Notes under the pieces: generated by a model | Databases searched by the model: none | Told to the model about the DNA's origin: nothing | What the model saw: the letters and a program-made list of their open reading frames with translations, nothing else | In this document: in pieces, positions 1-8,345 of the stretch | Layout: the number at the start of each line of letters is the position of its first letter | Numbering within the stretch: the first letter of the stretch is position 1 | Position numbers and translations under genes: made by a program | Origin: a virus | Taxonomy: Duplodnaviria; Heunggongvirae; Uroviricota; Caudoviricetes | Reading direction: 5' to 3' (one strand) | DNA length: 64,000 bases | Virus record (IMG/VR): IMGVR_UViG_3300024348_000010

Positions 1-310
1 AGTCGAGATTCTTTTGCGGCAGCTCATTGCCATTCAGTAGAATACGTGCAACGTTACCAAGAGTCTTGGAAATCTTCCACTTTGGAAGTTTGCGTAGGAG
101 TACGAGTTGGTCCTTGGTATAATTCTTCTTGGCATAAGTGAAGAACCAGTCACGCGACTGATCATCAGATGCCATGTAGTTATACCAGTTCAAGGCATTG
201 CTATAGCCATCGATTACGATGGGTTCTGAGCCATAGGCTTTGTCATCGATCGACCGAATAGCCGCACGAGAGATCTGTTTGGGTTTAGCTTTAACCTTAA
301 TGACCATATT
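1..310 (-). CDS. hypothetical protein, C-terminal part; gene continues upstream of the window
   Basis: Open minus-strand frame running off the window start. ATG at 308-310 preceded by the TGTACATG motif at 364-371. Confidence 0.4.
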
Positions 311-359
311 TACCTCTGTAGTTCCTTGTTTGTATTATTCAATCTACTACAGTTTTGAT

Positions 360-378
360 AATTTGTACATGCTTATTT
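360..378 (-). promoter_or_regulatory. conserved TGTACATG-containing promoter/operator-like element
   Basis: TTGTACATGCTTATTTTC upstream of the minus-strand gene starting at 310. Confidence 0.45.
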
Positions 379-1134
379 TCACAAGTCGATTTTATAATTA
401 AAACTTGGACCGGCGGTGGGTGTATATTGAGTTGCGTTTGGCTCCCAACCAGGAGTTCCAACGACTGGTTCCCACTTTTTGTCGACATGTTCTTTCTTGA
501 AATACGACCACTTGCGAGGAGTTTCCATGGCAATTTCCATACCATGCTCAAGCAACTGATTGTGCACAGCACCGTGTTCGTACATCTCTACGTCATCGAA
601 GACGAAGACAGCGCCAGGATCTGACCGCTCAAGGAAGAATGCAATCTCGGCATCGAGAGCTTCGAGTGTGTGAGGACCATCGAAGTGAACTACGCTATAC
701 TTATTGACAAGACTCTTATGCTCTGCATAGACAGGAACACCGTCTGCATAACGATTAAAGAATTCTGTATCTTCGAGGTTGAACATATAGAAGTTGACGT
801 TTTTCTGACGGCAATACAGATATAAGTTGATCATGCATATGTCGCGCATCTCATTGGTATAGTCGCAGCGACCTTCCTTGAAGATCTCGTCACGATAATA
901 CTCGATGTTCCCATAAGGATCGATACCAAAGACTGGCTTCTCAGGAGTCTGACCGCTTTCTACGAGACCGTCGATGATACACTGTAGACCACCGCCCATA
1001 CGGACACCAATCTCGACTGCTGCACCTTCTACACCCTTTGATCGAATGGCTGCGTCAGTGAGTACTTCATAGTTTGCGCTATCTGTGCCGAATTGTGCTT
1101 GGATCTGATGGATCGATACTGGTTGTTGTGACAT
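379..1134 (-). CDS. SAM-dependent methyltransferase-like protein (TylF/MycF sugar O-methyltransferase-like)
   Basis: 251 aa. Gly-rich segment (GVRMGGGLQC) resembling a class I methyltransferase nucleotide-binding loop. Stop codon sits in the ATG of the downstream GmhA gene (translational coupling). Confidence 0.4.
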   Translation of the reverse strand: MSQQPVSIHQIQAQFGTDSANYEVLTDAAIRSKGVEGAAVEIGVRMGGGLQCIIDGLVESGQTPEKPVFGIDPYGNIEYYRDEIFKEGRCDYTNEMRDICMINLYLYCRQKNVNFYMFNLEDTEFFNRYADGVPVYAEHKSLVNKYSVVHFDGPHTLEALDAEIAFFLERSDPGAVFVFDDVEMYEHGAVHNQLLEHGMEIAMETPRKWSYFKKEHVDKKWEPVVGTPGWEPNATQYTPTAGPSFNYKIDL

Positions 1135-1730
1135 TATGTAACCTTACCTCTGTTTCTGATATATTTAGCAATCATATGCATAATAGCTTGGTGGACGTCT
1201 TCTGCTGCCTCGTATTCTTGGATATCGACATGTAGAGAGATATCTGCGAGTTGAGCGCACTTATTATCTGGAGAAAAACCTGTCAAGGCAATAGTCTTTA
1301 TTTTCAATGACTTAGCAGTCTCAATTGCCTTGACAACATTCGGAGAATTACCACTCGAAGAGATGGCTACGAGTACGTCGCCTTCTTGTCCGAGTGCATC
1401 GAGCTGGAACGAGTAAACATCGTCGTAAGAGATGTCATTCGCCACGGCTGTCATGAGTGGAATATTTGCTGCCAAAGAAATAACTCTTGGTCGCAGCCCA
1501 CCTTTCTTACAACCTTTGGTATAGTCGCATGCCCAATGCTGAGCGATGGAAGCAGATGCACCATTACCAATTGTATAGATGTTATTCCGATGATTAGAAA
1601 TGCTTGTCAGCCAAATGAGTTCTGCTGCTTTTTTAAATTCTTCATGATCGATACTTGCAAAGCCGATATTAATCAGGCCGAGGTGATCGAATATAATGTC
1701 AGTCTCGATAGACAACTCTTGCTCCTTCAT
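1134..1730 (-). CDS. gmhA: D-sedoheptulose-7-phosphate isomerase (phosphoheptose isomerase, SIS domain)
   Basis: 198 aa. SIS-domain motifs GNGASASIAQHWACDY and ISSSGNSPNV typical of GmhA. Confidence 0.8.
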   Translation of the reverse strand: MKEQELSIETDIIFDHLGLINIGFASIDHEEFKKAAELIWLTSISNHRNNIYTIGNGASASIAQHWACDYTKGCKKGGLRPRVISLAANIPLMTAVANDISYDDVYSFQLDALGQEGDVLVAISSSGNSPNVVKAIETAKSLKIKTIALTGFSPDNKCAQLADISLHVDIQEYEAAEDVHQAIMHMIAKYIRNRGKVT

Positions 1731-2649
1731 GTGAGATGCCTACATCGAGGCATGTTCTGTCTGAGAATTCTTGGCGGATTGCACTCTTAGAATCTGTAAG
1801 CGCTAGCATGTATCCTCCGCCTCCTGCTCCAAGTAACTTAGCGCCAAAAGCACCAGAAGATTTGCAACGTTCGTACATAATATCTATATCACTGTTGGAG
1901 ATCTCTTCACTCATCTGTTTCTTCAGAACCCATGCAGAATCAAGCAACTGACTGTACGTATTGATATTCACTTGCTGTGTTCCCTGCATATTTGCCATAT
2001 CAGCCATTTGACGAATAATAAATGTCTTTGCTTCAAAGTTGATATTATCAAGGATCTTAGCTGCATGATGCTCTACGTTTGTAGGAATCAAGATCATGTA
2101 GTTCTCGATTGCATTCGAGTCGAGACGCTTCACATCTACTCGTCCATTGCCAAGCTCATTTGCATATTGAATGTAGTTCATGCCACCGAAAGCAGATGCA
2201 AACTGATCTTGCATGCCGATCTTCCAACCACATAGATCGATCTCGATGTGGCAAGCAGTCTTCGCAACAAGATAAGGATTTACGTATTCGAAACCAAGAT
2301 AGGCTGATAAAGCCTTAATCAAAGCACAAGTAAAAGCAGACGATCCACCAAGACCGTTGCCGATCGTAGGGATGTCTGCGAATGATGTGATCTCGATGTT
2401 GGATTTGATACCGAAGAATTTCAAAGCGTTCTTGACAATATCGTTCTGAAGATCCTCAACGTTCTCTACACACTCTTGTTTCGAATAAGAAACTTTGACA
2501 TGGTCGTGAGGAGTGTGCATGACTGCTACATAGACATACTTGTCGATGGCAGTTGAGATGGTTGCTCCACCCCATTGTGCAAAGTGGGCGGGGATATCAC
2601 TACCCCCGCCGAAAAAACTAACTCTGAGTGGTGCTTTGGCCAATATCAC
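1699..2649 (-). CDS. GHMP-family sugar kinase, D-glycero-D-manno-heptose 7-phosphate kinase (HddA-like)
   Basis: 316 aa. N-terminal PLRVSFFGGGSD ATP-binding motif of HddA/GHMP kinases. Adjacent to gmhA. Confidence 0.65.
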   Translation of the reverse strand: MILAKAPLRVSFFGGGSDIPAHFAQWGGATISTAIDKYVYVAVMHTPHDHVKVSYSKQECVENVEDLQNDIVKNALKFFGIKSNIEITSFADIPTIGNGLGGSSAFTCALIKALSAYLGFEYVNPYLVAKTACHIEIDLCGWKIGMQDQFASAFGGMNYIQYANELGNGRVDVKRLDSNAIENYMILIPTNVEHHAAKILDNINFEAKTFIIRQMADMANMQGTQQVNINTYSQLLDSAWVLKKQMSEEISNSDIDIMYERCKSSGAFGAKLLGAGGGGYMLALTDSKSAIRQEFSDRTCLDVGISHEGARVVYRD

Positions 2650-3607
2650 GGTGTTGTTCCTTTAACGAAGCGATGAGTCCCTTCCACTTGGGAATCACTG
2701 AATCCCAACCGAAGCGAGTGTCTGCGTAGGCTTTGACGAATGACATCATGTTAGTAATGTCGTTGTTCTGCACGTTCTCGATGGCATACATCAGAGTGTG
2801 AGCAAAGATGTTAGCATGCAGATTTGGATTCTCATGATCACCGTCATACTGGACAGTTAGCCCACCCGACGTGTCAGCCAAAGCAGAGAAGTTAGGATGA
2901 ACCGCCAAACAACCAGCTGACATAGCTTCAATAAGAGACCTGCACGAAGTTTCCGGCCAGATACAAGGATACGCAAAGATGTGGGCTTTTTGATATGCGG
3001 CACGTACTGTCTCCTGATCTGCCCAACCATGATAGTTGATTTGTGGGTGCTCCTTCATCCGATCGAAGAGAGGCTTGTACGCTTCGTCGCGGCCCTCCCA
3101 ACCTGGACCATAGATGCCAAACGAAGAGAAGACATCTAATTCGATGTTAGGATACTTCTCGGCGAGAGCGCAAAAGACAGGAACCAGAATCTCCAGTCCA
3201 CGATGAGGTGTGGACGTATAAATGAGACGTATCTTATCCTTTGGTTTCTCAACGAGTGGAATAGGCTCGATGCCTGTTTCGATAACTGTTGAATGATTGC
3301 TATATGGAACTCCAAGATAATCACGATACTGTTGATACTGCCAGTTAGAACTGAAGACCAACTTTTGAAAGCGAGCTCGAGAAGCTGGATCTTGAAGGTG
3401 TGAAGCTTCCGGATCGCCAGCGAGATCATGTAAATGATAGATCTTAATTCGGTCAGGATCGAGGTCGCGGACGCGAGCAGTGATAATTTGGACACCATCG
3501 AGTTCATCACTTGAAAGTCGGTGGAAGAGATTTCGAGTGGTAAGTTCTGTTCCACCATTCGATTCCTTGTTCAGTTCGTTCAGTTCAATCTTATCTTGGT
3601 TATTCAT
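2618..3607 (-). CDS. glycosyltransferase, family 1 (GT4-like)
   Basis: 329 aa. C-terminal ETSCRSLIEAMSAGCLAV matches the GT1 E-x7-E/EAMA motif. Sits in the heptose cluster. Confidence 0.55.
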   Translation of the reverse strand: MNNQDKIELNELNKESNGGTELTTRNLFHRLSSDELDGVQIITARVRDLDPDRIKIYHLHDLAGDPEASHLQDPASRARFQKLVFSSNWQYQQYRDYLGVPYSNHSTVIETGIEPIPLVEKPKDKIRLIYTSTPHRGLEILVPVFCALAEKYPNIELDVFSSFGIYGPGWEGRDEAYKPLFDRMKEHPQINYHGWADQETVRAAYQKAHIFAYPCIWPETSCRSLIEAMSAGCLAVHPNFSALADTSGGLTVQYDGDHENPNLHANIFAHTLMYAIENVQNNDITNMMSFVKAYADTRFGWDSVIPKWKGLIASLKEQHRDIGQSTTQS

Positions 3608-3609
3608 TA

Positions 3610-3951
3610 TTATTCCTTAGTAGCGTTCAGCAATTCCATATCTTCATCGTAAAAGAAGAACCCGTCGCCAATTGCCTTATCATCGATCCATACGTCGTAT
3701 GATGGCTTTCCGAGACGGACTTCGTGGAACTTGCATCCCCAATCTTTTAGTTGTTTTGTAGTAAGTTCGGTCCAGTCGATTCCCGATCCTGAACCACGGG
3801 CTGTCCAATAGATGATGGTATTACCCTGATCGTATAGTTTATTTATCTTCTCGATACGATGCTTAAATGGAGTTGCCAATCCATAGCGATGTTGACCATC
3901 TGTATATGGCGTTTTACAGATGGTCTGATCAATGTCTACCATGTAAATCAT
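3610..3951 (-). CDS. HAD-superfamily phosphatase (GmhB-like heptose bisphosphate phosphatase candidate)
   Basis: 113 aa. N-terminal DIDQTIC (DxDxT HAD motif I). Confidence 0.5.
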   Translation of the reverse strand: MIYMVDIDQTICKTPYTDGQHRYGLATPFKHRIEKINKLYDQGNTIIYWTARGSGSGIDWTELTTKQLKDWGCKFHEVRLGKPSYDVWIDDKAIGDGFFFYDEDMELLNATKE

Positions 3952-4259
3952 GCGTCGAGTGACAGTACACTAAAGCCGAGGACCGAGTCGTAACGGAACG
4001 AACGCCATCCTTTATTTTCAAGATCCCATACAGCAAGCACTTCAGGATTTGGAGTCTTCTTCTGTACGGCTTCTTCAAGATCAGTCTGTGCCGGCAATTC
4101 GCTCGGCAACAGAGTGCATAGAAGATTTCGCTGTGTTCCGTCCTTCTTCATGAAGGATACATTTGCGATTCCAGTTTGGAGAACGCCCTTTAAATATTCA
4201 TTCTGCCAAGAACGATCGTTCTGGTCTGTCGTACCATTCAACGAGTTTGTCATAACCAC
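3948..4259 (-). CDS. hypothetical protein
   Basis: 103 aa ORF, start overlaps upstream gene stop (ATGA). Confidence 0.4.
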   Translation of the reverse strand: MVMTNSLNGTTDQNDRSWQNEYLKGVLQTGIANVSFMKKDGTQRNLLCTLLPSELPAQTDLEEAVQKKTPNPEVLAVWDLENKGWRSFRYDSVLGFSVLSLDA

Positions 4260-4452
4260 CTACCTTTTCTGTGTCAATTATAATGAAAGGAACTGTTCTT
4301 ACGTCAGGAAAGTTTTCCATAAACTCTTCGCGCGTAATATCTTTTCCTATCTTCTTCTCTATATACTGTTCTCCTTTATTTGTAAACAAGTTTTTCGCTT
4401 GTACACAAAAAGGGCAGTTGTCTTTCGTATAGATTAGAATATTCTTATTCAT
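4198..4452 (-). CDS. glutaredoxin (NrdH/Grx-like thioredoxin-fold protein)
   Basis: Starts at internal Met MNKNILIYTKDNCPFC. CPFC active-site motif. Confidence 0.7.
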   Translation of the reverse strand: MNKNILIYTKDNCPFCVQAKNLFTNKGEQYIEKKIGKDITREEFMENFPDVRTVPFIIIDTEKVGGYDKLVEWYDRPERSFLAE

Positions 4453-4714
4453 CGCTTGTCGCCTTACTGTAAATGCCTGTTGATCGATTTTTTGGATTAC
4501 CCCAAACACCGTTCGCCCGCACTTTAATAAAGCGCATGTTAGACTGCGGACCAGGAACAGTAATCCATGGATTCTGGCCTTTGCGCCAAGCTTTCAGCTT
4601 ATTGTAGGCCTTTTCGCCTTCGCTACGATCTTGACGAACTTCTTTCACGCCAGCCACGATCGAACGACGTTGGCCTTTCGATACGACTGTCTTACGTGTT
4701 CTCTTCTTACCCAT
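4445..4714 (-). CDS. hypothetical basic protein
   Basis: 89 aa, Lys/Arg-rich. Confidence 0.35.
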   Translation of the reverse strand: MGKKRTRKTVVSKGQRRSIVAGVKEVRQDRSEGEKAYNKLKAWRKGQNPWITVPGPQSNMRFIKVRANGVWGNPKNRSTGIYSKATSDE

Positions 4715-5058
4715 TATTTAATCCTCACTTCTTGTTTTTACTTCAATTACTTGCTAATAATAGTATAATTATAATTCCTAAAACAATCCAACCTGTGACG
4801 CCTAAAGGTTTAGACTTTTTCATTCGGATTGTTTTTGTTTTTTTAAACTTGGTTGTCTTGGGCTTAGGAGCTGATAGACTCTTTCTTGAAACCCAGCCGT
4901 CTGCGGTTCTCTGAGTAAGATAAGTCTTTCTTTCGCCAGTATTTAAATTTGTAGTCGTAGTAACTTCTGAGACATTTTAGAAGAACGACTAGAACCTTTA
5001 GACGACTGCGTGTATGTGGTACGCTTAGGACCATTAGTTCTAGTTGTTCTCTTATACA

Positions 5059-5445
5059 TTATATAACATTTTTCTCAATTAATGTCAACCCGTTTTCTCG
5101 GTCTATATACTTATACTCTACTTTTGTAGGATCCCATTCGGTGATGGCATCGAACACATCTTGAATATTTAATGTGCTGCACGTGTAAACATCTAGCTGA
5201 GCCATTGCAGGCTCGCATTCGTCCCATACATGTAGAGCAATATGACTGGTCTCGATGATAGTCACGGCAGTCAATCCGCGATTACCGACCATATCAGAAT
5301 ACACCGTGTATGGTCCCATTAAAATTTTCATATCAATCTGATTAACCAGTTTCTTCATCCACTCATCGATCGCCGATGTGCATTGCGGAGGATTGTTCAG
5401 CTCTGCTCTTACAATCAAATGCTTGTGTTCTAGTACCTTACCCAC
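5059..5445 (-). CDS. speD: S-adenosylmethionine decarboxylase proenzyme (pyruvoyl-dependent, SpeH/SpeD class 1b)
   Basis: 128 aa. ETSHIALHVW self-cleavage/active-site region typical of small bacterial AdoMetDC. Confidence 0.7.
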   Translation of the reverse strand: MGKVLEHKHLIVRAELNNPPQCTSAIDEWMKKLVNQIDMKILMGPYTVYSDMVGNRGLTAVTIIETSHIALHVWDECEPAMAQLDVYTCSTLNIQDVFDAITEWDPTKVEYKYIDRENGLTLIEKNVI

Positions 5446-5446
5446 C

Positions 5447-5869
5447 TCATAAATTCTCCTGTTCGGGGTTGAAAAGTAAAGCCTTCACGTGGCTTGTTTG
5501 AATTTTACAAGATACCCAACTATTGTAATATTTAGGATCTAAAATGGCATCTGTATCGAATATATATTTTGTTTCAAAGTAATTACATTCTCCGCGACCC
5601 TTGCAGAGTCTTAAGATCGTTCTACGAAAGTTATCTTTTCCGTAGAGATCAATGTCTTCTTTGAGGGAAGTAGAAGATCCGTAGTAGTCTCGCCAATCGG
5701 ACTCTACGCGAAGCTTCTTTCGTTTACCTTTGACAGTTTTGTATCCGGCTTTTGTTAGATACTTACGACCTATATATTTCTTGCCGTTTACCAAATTTTC
5801 AATCAAATATATGAAGCCGTAATAATCTTCAACATCAGTAAATTCTTTATCTTCGTATAACCAACTCAT
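5447..5869 (-). CDS. GIY-YIG homing endonuclease (Seg-like)
   Basis: YGFIYLIENLVNGKKYIGR GIY-YIG motif. Located beside nrdB, as for T4 seg/I-Tev genes. Confidence 0.65.
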   Translation of the reverse strand: MSWLYEDKEFTDVEDYYGFIYLIENLVNGKKYIGRKYLTKAGYKTVKGKRKKLRVESDWRDYYGSSTSLKEDIDLYGKDNFRRTILRLCKGRGECNYFETKYIFDTDAILDPKYYNSWVSCKIQTSHVKALLFNPEQENL

Positions 5870-5905
5870 AGATCACGTTCCATTTGGAGAATGATCTATT
5901 TATTC

Positions 5906-6040
5906 GTCATATTCTTCTTCGAATGGATCTTCAAGATCAAGCTCTGCAGAACAGTATGGACAGTATTCTGGAAGAGCGGTGTTTTCTGTGATTATTTTAA
6001 ATTCCTCGTCGCATGACGGGCAGGTTATCCAATCCATCTT
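5906..6040 (-). CDS. small zinc-ribbon protein (CxxC...CxxC)
   Basis: 45-aa ORF with CPSC...CPYC, found by eye in an intergenic gap. Confidence 0.3.
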
Positions 6041-6048
6041 AGTTCCTC

Positions 6049-6396
6049 TTATTTTTTAAAGATGTCTTCTAAATCAACACCAACATATTCTGCTAGCTTC
6101 TTAATGAAATCTACTTTGTCATCCATGTGGCAATCAGGTTGACCGGTTTCTTCGTCGAACTTCTTTGCAGCTTTTAGCAGTTGCTTAAGTTCCTCAACCT
6201 CTTTCTTCAGTGCTTCGAATTCTTCTTTCGAAACTCCAGAAGTATCAATAACCAAAGGATATCCTGGTATGCCTGGTTGTGACGGATATGGAACACTTGT
6301 TGGTTGTGCTGGCCAAGGGTTTGGATGAACAATTCCTCGCCAACGAGGAGGAAAGTTATCCCGATAACCATCACCGATATTAGATACTGTACACAT
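6049..6396 (-). CDS. hypothetical protein
   Basis: 115 aa. Start overlaps the nrdB stop (ATGA coupling). Coiled-coil C-terminus. Confidence 0.45.
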   Translation of the reverse strand: MCTVSNIGDGYRDNFPPRWRGIVHPNPWPAQPTSVPYPSQPGIPGYPLVIDTSGVSKEEFEALKKEVEELKQLLKAAKKFDEETGQPDCHMDDKVDFIKKLAEYVGVDLEDIFKK

Positions 6397-7460
6397 TATA
6401 AAGTAAATCCTTTGAAAGTATTTTCGTCGACGTCTTTTTTGACACCACCAATCACATAGCTAGTAATTTCTGTTTCTTGCGGGGCAACTTGTACGTCAGA
6501 ACCTGAAATCCACTTCTGTGTCCATGGCAAAGGATTCGCTCCTGGCTTTCCGTTCAGACCGATTGCGCCCATACGTTTCGCGGCAATATGGTCTACGTAG
6601 TTACAAAGAAGTTCTTCGTTCAGACCAATCATCGAACCGTTCTGGAAAAGGTAATGTGCCCAACTTTTTTCTTGCTCGACCACTCGATGAAACATGCTGA
6701 TGCACTCATCTCGTGTCTCTTCTTGTATGCGAGCAAAGTCTGGATCCTCTTTCGGTAGAATTTTGAGGAGCTGTTGTGTCGAGGCAAGATGAACGTTCTC
6801 GTCCCGCGCGATGAGCTTGATGATCTTGGCGTTACCCTCCATCTTCTTAACTTCCGCAAAAGCCCAACTACATGCAAACGAGACATAGAACCTTACTCCT
6901 TCTAAAGCATTCACAGCATTTAGACAGAGCCATAGTGCTTTCTTGTGATCATAATTATATCGCATAACACTATTGAATGCAATTAAGTTATCATAGTACT
7001 TACTGATATCAGCAGCGCAGTCAGCTATTTCTTGGATGTCGAGCATCTCGTCAAATACCCTTGACGGATCTGAATAAACGTTTCGAATGATATGAGTGTA
7101 GGATCGACTATGAATCGTTTCGGAAAATGTCCATGTTTGGATCCAGGTTTCGAGTTCGGGGAGCGAACAAATCGGTAGAAATGCCAAGCTAGGCGCACGT
7201 CCCTGTACAGAGTCAAGAAGAATCTGACGCTTGAGATTGCTTGTAAAGATGTGCTTTTCATGGTCGCTTAACCCTTTAAAGTCTTTGCCGTCTCTTGACA
7301 GATCTACTTCTTCTGGCCGCCAAAAAAATCCGAGTTGCTTATCTGTCAGCTTCTCGAAGATATTGTAACGTTGCTTATCGTAACGGGCAATATTGACTTG
7401 CTTTCCAAAGAAACAAGTCTGTTCTGTAGCATCAAACATTTCGTTTGAAAAAACTGTCAT
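6396..7460 (-). CDS. nrdB: ribonucleotide reductase class Ia small (beta) subunit
   Basis: 354 aa. Ferritin-like di-iron/tyrosyl-radical motifs and the C-terminal tail typical of NrdB. Confidence 0.9.
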   Translation of the reverse strand: MTVFSNEMFDATEQTCFFGKQVNIARYDKQRYNIFEKLTDKQLGFFWRPEEVDLSRDGKDFKGLSDHEKHIFTSNLKRQILLDSVQGRAPSLAFLPICSLPELETWIQTWTFSETIHSRSYTHIIRNVYSDPSRVFDEMLDIQEIADCAADISKYYDNLIAFNSVMRYNYDHKKALWLCLNAVNALEGVRFYVSFACSWAFAEVKKMEGNAKIIKLIARDENVHLASTQQLLKILPKEDPDFARIQEETRDECISMFHRVVEQEKSWAHYLFQNGSMIGLNEELLCNYVDHIAAKRMGAIGLNGKPGANPLPWTQKWISGSDVQVAPQETEITSYVIGGVKKDVDENTFKGFTL

Positions 7461-8023
7461 TCAACTCTCCAGGTGCTGGTGTTTAGTTTAATATCTTTCG
7501 GCCAATCGCCTTCGGTATATGATTTATCATGGAATCGAAGTTCGTTTGTCGGCATGATAGTCAGTCTGCCATTGTCTAATTGAATAAACATAAATTCCTT
7601 CGACTGAGAAGGATCTTGTGAATATCCATCGTGCATTGGAATCACTGTAAAAAGATAACGGCCAAAAAGGCCGCTCTTTCGAATCTCTGCTTGTTGACTG
7701 TGTAGATAATTATATATCAATACTGAAAACTGATCGCCGTAACAATCCCACAACTGTGTATCTTCAAGATGCCAAGTTGATGTATTCGGTCGAAATGCCA
7801 GTGCATGAGGTGGAACTCCACGATAAACTGCTCCACATTCGAGCATCACGTGACATCCCCAAGAATGACCAGCTTTGGCATGAAGTGCAAACCATACACA
7901 TGGTTCGAACGTGTATGGTTTGGCATCTTTACGAATGAACGAAGAATCTACCCAACAATAGATATGATGCGGAAGATTTCCTGATCCCGTATATAGCACT
8001 ACCAGTCCTTCGCTTCGAGCCAC
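7457..8023 (-). CDS. hypothetical protein
   Basis: 188 aa, His/Cys-rich, no confident family. Confidence 0.45.
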   Translation of the reverse strand: MARSEGLVVLYTGSGNLPHHIYCWVDSSFIRKDAKPYTFEPCVWFALHAKAGHSWGCHVMLECGAVYRGVPPHALAFRPNTSTWHLEDTQLWDCYGDQFSVLIYNYLHSQQAEIRKSGLFGRYLFTVIPMHDGYSQDPSQSKEFMFIQLDNGRLTIMPTNELRFHDKSYTEGDWPKDIKLNTSTWRVE

Positions 8024-8187
8024 TCAATTTGGTTTTGAGGAACCGTTCGTGTTTCAATTTCACCTGTTTTGGTGTCTTCAATCGTAAGCTTCACTGCAGT
8101 TGTGTTTGGGCTTGTTTCATGTTTATGAACAAACCAAATTTTACCTGCATCGGCCCACATGTCATTGTCTAGTTTAATATATTGCAT
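7999..8187 (-). CDS. hypothetical small protein
   Basis: 62 aa ORF. Confidence 0.35.
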   Translation of the reverse strand: MQYIKLDNDMWADAGKIWFVHKHETSPNTTAVKLTIEDTKTGEIETRTVPQNQIEWLEAKDW

Positions 8188-8345
8188 TATCTACCTTGTC
8201 CACGATACGCTTTAAAGTTTTTCTTCTTATGCTTATTCATCGACGACAACTTAGGACGTCTTGTATCTTGTGATGTGCCTGTTACGATCTTTACGTGTTG
8301 TACAGCTCCAGCTGCTGGCGCTTTTCTTGCCATTTAAAACTCCTG

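Noticed and set aside
1386-1790. Plus-strand ORFs (e.g. 1386..1790, 1972..2235, 8948..9274, 9774..9977, 19600..19800, 21627..21995, 22660..23070, 32938..33531, 38251..38865, 39085..39591, 43391..43888, 44689..45060, 45591..46223, 47519..47899, 60912..61460, 62111..62683)
   Set aside because: Each lies entirely inside a longer minus-strand gene with a recognisable protein family. No RBS or conserved motifs. Typical antisense shadow ORFs.
3136-3558. 140-aa alternative-frame ORF inside the glycosyltransferase gene
   Set aside because: Alternative frame of a gene with a clear GT1 signature. No independent support.
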